A DNA stretch of 64,000 nucleotides from an uncultured Pseudomonadales bacterium (GTDB lineage: Bacteria; Patescibacteriota; Microgenomatia; UBA1400; CAYXSR01): NCBI GenBank assembly GCA_964467735.1, contig CAYXSR010000003.1, positions 1,078 through 65,077 of the forward strand. The letters are read 5' to 3'. A program made the translations under genes and the position numbers. Below are positions 58,888 through 64,000 of this stretch, in pieces. Position 1 is the stretch's first letter; the number at the start of each line of letters is the position of its first letter. The notes beneath the pieces are model-generated. The model worked only from the letters and a program-made list of their open reading frames with translations. It ran no database searches and was not told the DNA's origin.

Positions 58888-59934
58888 TTGTTTATGAAAA
58901 AATTTCTTTTTAACAATATAATTTTAGGCGGTACTTTTGACCATTTTCATAAAGGCCATGAAAAATTTTTAAAACAGGCTTTTAATTTATCTAAATTTGT
59001 TTACTGCGGAATTGTCAAAAAACAATTCCAAAATAAAAAATTCCCCCATTCAATCCAAACATACAAACAACGTCTAAAAGAAGTTAAAAACTTTATCAAT
59101 AAAAATAAACTCCAATCAAGAATTAAGATTTTTTCTATTAATAATCAATTTAGTGATGAAATTAATAATCCATCTTTAGAGGCAATTATCATCACTAAAG
59201 ATACTTTAAAAGGAGCGAAACTTTTTAATCAAAAACGAGAGTCTCTAGGATTGCCTGTTTTAAAAATTATCAATATTACTCTTTTAAAAGATAAAAAGGG
59301 CCTAGCAATTTCCTCTACTCGCATTAGAAAAGGAGAAATCGATCGGCTTGGTCATTCATATTTATCGCATTTTACCAGAACTCTTAATTTACCTAAAAAA
59401 CAAAGACAACTTTGTAAAAGACCAATTAGTAAATTAATTAAGGATTCTCATCCTAATCTTGGTTCAGCCAGTTTAAAAATAAAAAAAACTATATTCCGAA
59501 AAAAACATCCTCTTATTATTAGTGTTGGCGATATTGTTACTTATTCCTTAAAGCTCCAAAAAATTCCTCTTGATCTTGCTATAGTAGACTTTAAAAGTCA
59601 TCGAAAACCAATAGATATAAAAATTTATCGCTCATTGTTTAAAATAAAAACTAAATTTATAACTATAAATAATCCTGGGAGTATTGATAAAAAACTCGTA
59701 CATACTCTTTATAAAGCTATTAGCAAGGCATTAATATCGACAGAACCACAAAAAATTTTTGTTCATGGTGAAGAAGATTTGGCTGTTTTACCATTAATTC
59801 TTCTTTCTCCTTTAAATAGTCTTGTCTTTTATGGCCAACCAGAAAAAGGAATTGTCAAAGTCCAAGTAACTGAGCAAACTAAATTAAAAGCGATAAGGCT
59901 ATTAAAAAAATTCCATTCTACCTTATCGAGCTAA
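58888..59934 (+). CDS. putative bifunctional archaeal-type phosphopantetheine adenylyltransferase (N-term) fused to DUF359-type GTP-dependent dephospho-CoA kinase (C-term)
   Basis: N-terminal cytidylyltransferase-fold motif 'GGTFDHFHKGH'; C-terminal half with 'VGDIVT…', 'VHGEEDLAVLPLIL', 'FYGQPEKGIV', which resemble the archaeal DPCK (DUF359) pattern. Confidence 0.5.
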   Translation: MFMKKFLFNNIILGGTFDHFHKGHEKFLKQAFNLSKFVYCGIVKKQFQNKKFPHSIQTYKQRLKEVKNFINKNKLQSRIKIFSINNQFSDEINNPSLEAIIITKDTLKGAKLFNQKRESLGLPVLKIINITLLKDKKGLAISSTRIRKGEIDRLGHSYLSHFTRTLNLPKKQRQLCKRPISKLIKDSHPNLGSASLKIKKTIFRKKHPLIISVGDIVTYSLKLQKIPLDLAIVDFKSHRKPIDIKIYRSLFKIKTKFITINNPGSIDKKLVHTLYKAISKALISTEPQKIFVHGEEDLAVLPLILLSPLNSLVFYGQPEKGIVKVQVTEQTKLKAIRLLKKFHSTLSS

Positions 59935-60663
59935 ACTTAAAGCCCAAATTTTCTTAATTCCATTTCTTTTTAAAACTTTCGTACATTCTTTTAAAGTAGA
60001 GCCCGTTGTCCAAACATCATCTACTAGTAAAATTTTTTTTAATTTTCTTTTGCTAATCACCGGCAAAAAAAGTTTGTTTATTTGAAAAGCATTCTCAATA
60101 TTTTTTCTTCTTGCCTTACCCTTCAATTCTACTTGAGGAGTTGTATTTTTTACCCGTAAAAGTAAGTCCTCAATGCAGGCTAAATTTAAATTTTTGGCTA
60201 AAAATTTTCCTATTAATATTGACTGATTAAAACCACGCCATGCTTGTCGTTTCCGATGAAGAGGCACTGGAACTATTATTGGCTTCTCTTTTAAAAAACT
60301 CTCAAAAGTAAGATATTTTTGTTTTGCTAAAAATTTAAACATTAAATATCCTACCTCATTTATTAAGTCAGAAACAAATTGATATTTAATTTTCTCAATT
60401 AATTTTTTAGCAAGTGGTTGATGGTATTCTAGAATAGAAATTAATCCATCCAAATGATGTTTATGATCACAAACAGGGTGTGTTTGACCATCTATCGCTG
60501 GTTTGTCACAAATAGGACAAAATTGATTTTCCAGAAAAACAATTTTTTTAAAACAAGAGGGACAAATATATCTTCCAAATTTATTACAGTTAATGCATGT
60601 CCTTGGAAAAAGAAAATCTTTTATTATTTCCACTCTTAAAAAGATAATAACACTTAAAAACAA
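59923..60663 (-). CDS. comFC: ComF-family protein (ComFC-like phosphoribosyltransferase with N-terminal zinc finger)
   Basis: N-terminal 'CINCNKFGRYICPSCF…CPICDKP' double Zn-finger and C-terminal PRTase motif 'LLVDDVWTTGSTL'. Confidence 0.8.
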   Translation of the reverse strand: MFLSVIIFLRVEIIKDFLFPRTCINCNKFGRYICPSCFKKIVFLENQFCPICDKPAIDGQTHPVCDHKHHLDGLISILEYHQPLAKKLIEKIKYQFVSDLINEVGYLMFKFLAKQKYLTFESFLKEKPIIVPVPLHRKRQAWRGFNQSILIGKFLAKNLNLACIEDLLLRVKNTTPQVELKGKARRKNIENAFQINKLFLPVISKRKLKKILLVDDVWTTGSTLKECTKVLKRNGIKKIWALSLAR

Positions 60664-60692
60664 AAATCCCCATTTATTAATGGGGATTTTTT
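60664..60692 (-). terminator. rho-independent terminator immediately 3' of tmRNA (bidirectional hairpin)
   Basis: AAAAATCCCCA-TTTATTAA-TGGGGATTTTTT is a perfect 10-bp stem flanked by A/T runs on both strands. Confidence 0.6.
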
Positions 60693-60696
60693 ATTG

Positions 60697-61091
60697 TGGA
60701 GATGGGGAGAAATGAACTCCCGTCCGAAAAGGTTCTTTTTAAACTTCTACAAGCTTAGTCCGTTTTTTATCCTAAAGAGAGAAACGAACAACCCTTTAAC
60801 CTTCAGGAAATGGTCTTATGCTCCTTCTAAAGCCGACCAACTTTAGAATGATGCCCTGAGTGGGTTTTCACTCTAACTAATCCCCCAGGGAAGACGAGCT
60901 AGAATGCCAGCTTAGGCTGTAAAAGCTAAAGCCGGTTGGCCAAAAAGGGCTAGCTTAACGCTTTCCCAGACTTCGGCCAATTTGTCAGAAATTTTGCTGA
61001 CAGTTATGTTTTGATTCTGTTTAACTCCGATGAATCAACGGAGGCTTGCTGTTTTCAAAGAACAATCTTCCCGTCGAATCTATTCATCCCC
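60697..61091 (-). ncRNA. ssrA: tmRNA (ssrA)
   Basis: The minus-strand RNA starts GGGGAUGAAUAGAUUCGACGGG (consensus GGGGxUGxxxxxAUUCGACGGG) and ends …GGACGGGAGUUCAUUUCUCCCCAUCUCCA (T-arm plus 7-bp acceptor pairing with the 5' end). About 395 nt, GC-richer than the surroundings, lying 3 nt downstream of smpB. Confidence 0.8.
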
Positions 61092-61093
61092 TA

Positions 61094-61537
61094 TTAACTT
61101 ACTGATTTTAATTCCCTGGCTTGTTCTCTTGCCAAATCTCTTTTTCTAATTTTTTCTCTTTTATCCCACTTTTTCTTACCTCTGGCTAATGCCAGTTCTA
61201 ATTTAATTTTGTGACGCGAAGTATAGCAAGAAACAGGCACAATTGTCAAATTTTTACCTTCCATTTTTTTATCTAAGGCCAAAATTTCTTGTTTGTGTAA
61301 TAGAAGTTTCCGCCGTCTAGTTGGATTATAATCTTGATTGTTAGCAAATTTATAGGGAGAAATGTGACAATTAACTAACCAAGCTCCTTGGTTATCTAAT
61401 TGAACAAAACTTTCGTCAAGCTTAATCTGCCCTAACCTGATGCTTTTTACTTCTCTTCCCTCTAAAATAATTCCTGCTTCAAATTTTTCTAAAAATTCAT
61501 AATTAAACTTGGCTTTTTTATTAATAATTTTCATCAC
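61094..61537 (-). CDS. smpB: SsrA-binding protein
   Basis: '…FNYEFLEKFEAGIILEGREVKSIR…GAWLVNCHISPY…RRRKLLLHKQEI' is the SmpB signature; 147 aa. Confidence 0.9.
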   Translation of the reverse strand: MMKIINKKAKFNYEFLEKFEAGIILEGREVKSIRLGQIKLDESFVQLDNQGAWLVNCHISPYKFANNQDYNPTRRRKLLLHKQEILALDKKMEGKNLTIVPVSCYTSRHKIKLELALARGKKKWDKREKIRKRDLAREQARELKSVS

Positions 61538-61589
61538 CCACCCATTATTTTAGTTTATCAGAATACGTCAAGCATAAACTTTCAATAGT

Positions 61590-63581
61590 TTATTCTGCCA
61601 ACTCAATTTCATAAATTCTTTGGCCGGTAAGCAATAAGATTCTACTTTCTTGTTTATCAACAACTATATTAGTAGCGCCAGCAATTCCACTCCAAACATA
61701 TTGTTCTTTATATTCACCAGTTTCTTTATTAATAACCACGATTCTTGTATTTTTAATGTCTAGAATATAAAGATTGTCTAAACCCTCATCAGTATAAATT
61801 TTTATTGGTTCATTGAATTGTTTATCTAAACCAGTTAATACGAAAGTATCTTTCTTTCCCCTGGTAAACTTCATAATCCCCCCATCTTTAAGTAAAACCC
61901 AAACATTGCCATCAATTGCCAAAGAAACCGCGTCTTTGAGTTGAGAATCAGATTTTACTAAATATTCTTTAGCATCAGCTAAACCATCATCAATTCCAAT
62001 ATACTTCCAAATTGTTTCCTTCCCAGTATCAAGTAAATAAATGTTTCCACTAAAACCGACAATTTGTTGAATTTGTCCCCAATTTTCATCGTCTTTTTTG
62101 GCAATTATTTTTTGATTATTAACATCAACAACTTGAATGTTGTCCTCCGCCATTAAAAAAATTCTATTAGAAGAGCTTGCTAATCCGATTGTTCCTTTAA
62201 ATTCATCTCCCCCGGCAACCACTTGAGAAGATTTTGTCTCTAGATCAATTTGTAAAACACTCAACTTATCAGAATCTAAAACAAACAAATTATTATCTTC
62301 TGCTTTTCCCCAATCGTTTCCTCTAAAACCATCTTTAACCAATTGGAAGTCAATAAATATTTTTGGATTTTCTACTAAATATTCTTTTAATACTCCCATT
62401 AACTCTTTTTCTACTCTTTTTAATAATTCTTCTAATCTTTCTTTTTCATCTTTTTTAGTAACCGTCTCTAACGATTGTTGGATTAAATCTTTACTTTCTT
62501 GTAAAAGACTTCGTGACCTTAAAGGATTAAGTTCTTTTAAAGACTCTGCCTGATCATATTTACTAGAAACTTCTTCGATAATCATATCGGCTTTCTTTTT
62601 TTGAGTTAGCCGAGTCTTCTCTTTTGTGCCAAAAAAAATACTTATTACTAAAAGTCCAATTAAAATAATTGCGATTGTTAAATTAACTTTCTTACTTTTC
62701 TCGGTCCGAATATTATTCTTTAAAAAAAGTTCCCTATCTCGCTTAAAACTCCTAATAAATTGATTAGTTAAGGAAGGAACTTTAGAAAAGGCTTTGGTCA
62801 ATTGAGCGATTATCTCTCTAATGTTTAATTTTTGTTTACTTTCTTTGTTGGGAACCTCTACTTCTCCATCGTCAGCCGTCTTGCTTAAATCAGAAAAAAT
62901 TGTTTTGGTAATTATTACTGCCGTTTTACTATTCTCTTCCCCTCCATGAATCGTTGGTGCCCAAGATTCAACGATTTCTTCTGGCTCTTCCGATTTAAGG
63001 CCTAATTTAATTTGTTCTAAAGGAATTGTTTCAAAAAATTGATCGGTGGCTAAAAGAATAAAATCATTATTCTGAAGAAATCCAGAAGTTCCTTCTGTTT
63101 GATCACCTGAAGATGAAAGGATTTTAAAAAGTTTTTCTTTACGATAAATATAAACCTCTCCCTTACCCAGCCGGTAAAAATAAACGACTGGAGACTTATC
63201 TTTTCTATCCAGAATAACACTTACTATCACGGATAACTCAACTTTATCTTTAAACTCTTCATTAAGTTGAGTTAAACTCATCCCTAAAAGATGGAAAATT
63301 TTTAACTCTTCAGAAGAATAATAAATCTCGTGAAAACGAGAAATTATTTCTTTTCCAAAAGAAGTCACATCAATTCGCTCATCTTTTGCCTCAACCGAAA
63401 AAGCGGCCATTAAGTTGCCTGAAGAATGAATTTTTTCTCCTTCTGGAAGAAAAATATGTGTCTGTGCCCAAGATCGTCCGTTAGCCGCCCCGACGATCGT
63501 CGCTGATTTCAAAAAAATCTTCTTCATAAAATTATCCATGCTAGAAGAAAAACAAATAAAGCAATTGCTAGATGAAGCCAA
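61590..63581 (-). CDS. large membrane-anchored hypothetical protein with C-terminal beta-propeller-like (NHL/YVTN-type) repeats
   Basis: 663 aa with a central TM helix (VNLTIAIILIGLLVISIFFG). The C-terminal third has repeated '…NLYILD…RIVVIN…' strands. The N-terminal domain is of unknown fold. Confidence 0.35.
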   Translation of the reverse strand: MASSSNCFICFSSSMDNFMKKIFLKSATIVGAANGRSWAQTHIFLPEGEKIHSSGNLMAAFSVEAKDERIDVTSFGKEIISRFHEIYYSSEELKIFHLLGMSLTQLNEEFKDKVELSVIVSVILDRKDKSPVVYFYRLGKGEVYIYRKEKLFKILSSSGDQTEGTSGFLQNNDFILLATDQFFETIPLEQIKLGLKSEEPEEIVESWAPTIHGGEENSKTAVIITKTIFSDLSKTADDGEVEVPNKESKQKLNIREIIAQLTKAFSKVPSLTNQFIRSFKRDRELFLKNNIRTEKSKKVNLTIAIILIGLLVISIFFGTKEKTRLTQKKKADMIIEEVSSKYDQAESLKELNPLRSRSLLQESKDLIQQSLETVTKKDEKERLEELLKRVEKELMGVLKEYLVENPKIFIDFQLVKDGFRGNDWGKAEDNNLFVLDSDKLSVLQIDLETKSSQVVAGGDEFKGTIGLASSSNRIFLMAEDNIQVVDVNNQKIIAKKDDENWGQIQQIVGFSGNIYLLDTGKETIWKYIGIDDGLADAKEYLVKSDSQLKDAVSLAIDGNVWVLLKDGGIMKFTRGKKDTFVLTGLDKQFNEPIKIYTDEGLDNLYILDIKNTRIVVINKETGEYKEQYVWSGIAGATNIVVDKQESRILLLTGQRIYEIELAE

Positions 63582-63754
63582 GCGATTAGTGATAATAAAT
63601 AATTATTCTTGTCACTAATTGTCTGTCCCATTAATTTTACCTGCCGGACAATTACTACAGCAAAAATTATGTATAAAACTAACGCCAGAATAAAAAACAA
63701 CTTTACGATTCCCCAAATAGAAAAACCTAGCGTTTCTTCCAAAAAATTAATCAT
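63524..63754 (-). CDS. small hypothetical membrane protein
   Basis: 76 aa with two hydrophobic helices; overlaps the start region of the previous ORF, so one of the two starts may be mis-assigned. Confidence 0.25.
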   Translation of the reverse strand: MINFLEETLGFSIWGIVKLFFILALVLYIIFAVVIVRQVKLMGQTISDKNNYLLSLIAWLHLAIALFVFLLAWIIL

Positions 63755-63755
63755 C

Positions 63756-63995
63756 CTATCTTACCCTTCCTTCTATTTTTTCTTTTTCTTCTTGTAAAAT
63801 AAGCTGGTTTAAGATCCTTGCTACTTTGTCTGGCTTGGCAACATCCTCAAATTCTACTCGAGGAACTTTGCCAGCTGTCTGTACTAACACATCTCCATAA
63901 TTAAATAAAGATCTTATTGCTCCACCCATGGTAAAGGTTATGTCCTGAATTTTATCAATCTTTGTTTCAGTAATTTCTTTATAAGCTAAGCTCAC
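63756..63995 (-). CDS. small hypothetical protein (possibly bacterial PH-like domain)
   Basis: 79 aa ORF near the window edge; weak resemblance to bPH-type small proteins. Confidence 0.25.
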   Translation of the reverse strand: MSLAYKEITETKIDKIQDITFTMGGAIRSLFNYGDVLVQTAGKVPRVEFEDVAKPDKVARILNQLILQEEKEKIEGRVR

Positions 63996-64000
63996 AAAAT

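Overview
This 64 kb window is a dense, low-GC (about 30-35% by eye) bacterial chromosome segment that reads as a CPR/Patescibacteria-type genome. The gene content is reduced but mixes bacterial core genes with many archaeal-type enzymes (ApgM, EndoQ-like PHP nuclease, ATP-dependent DNA ligase, PPAT-DPCK fusion, class III RNR). Most genes are on the minus strand and often overlap by a few bases, and the standard code seems to be in use because TGA terminates genes cleanly. Clear housekeeping calls are trxA/trxB, pyrH, lgt, efp+epmA, eno, apgM, pyk, recF, mutM, ftsH, trpS, nrdR-nrdD-nrdG, smpB+tmRNA, three tRNAs, maf and comFC. The standout, non-housekeeping content is as follows. (1) At 1-4204 there is a cluster of three ATP-grasp ligases, one fused to a retropepsin-like protease domain, plus a 7TM membrane protein. 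This matches the computationally predicted but uncharacterised '7TM / alpha-L-glutamate-ligase-like / Zn-protease' peptide-ligase systems. Here it is co-operonic with a CsoR/CstR-like regulator, thioredoxin, thioredoxin reductase, a ferredoxin and a secreted Cys-rich thioredoxin-fold protein. (2) A Xer-type recombinase abuts two paralogous TrwB/VirD4-like membrane ATPases, each with a small partner, which bracket pyk-maf-nrdGDR. (3) A sharply high-GC (about 50-55%) island carries a secreted VWA-domain protein, inserted between a Ca2+/Na+ antiporter and a P-type Ca2+-ATPase. All calls are from reading the sequence and remembered family motifs; no searches were run.
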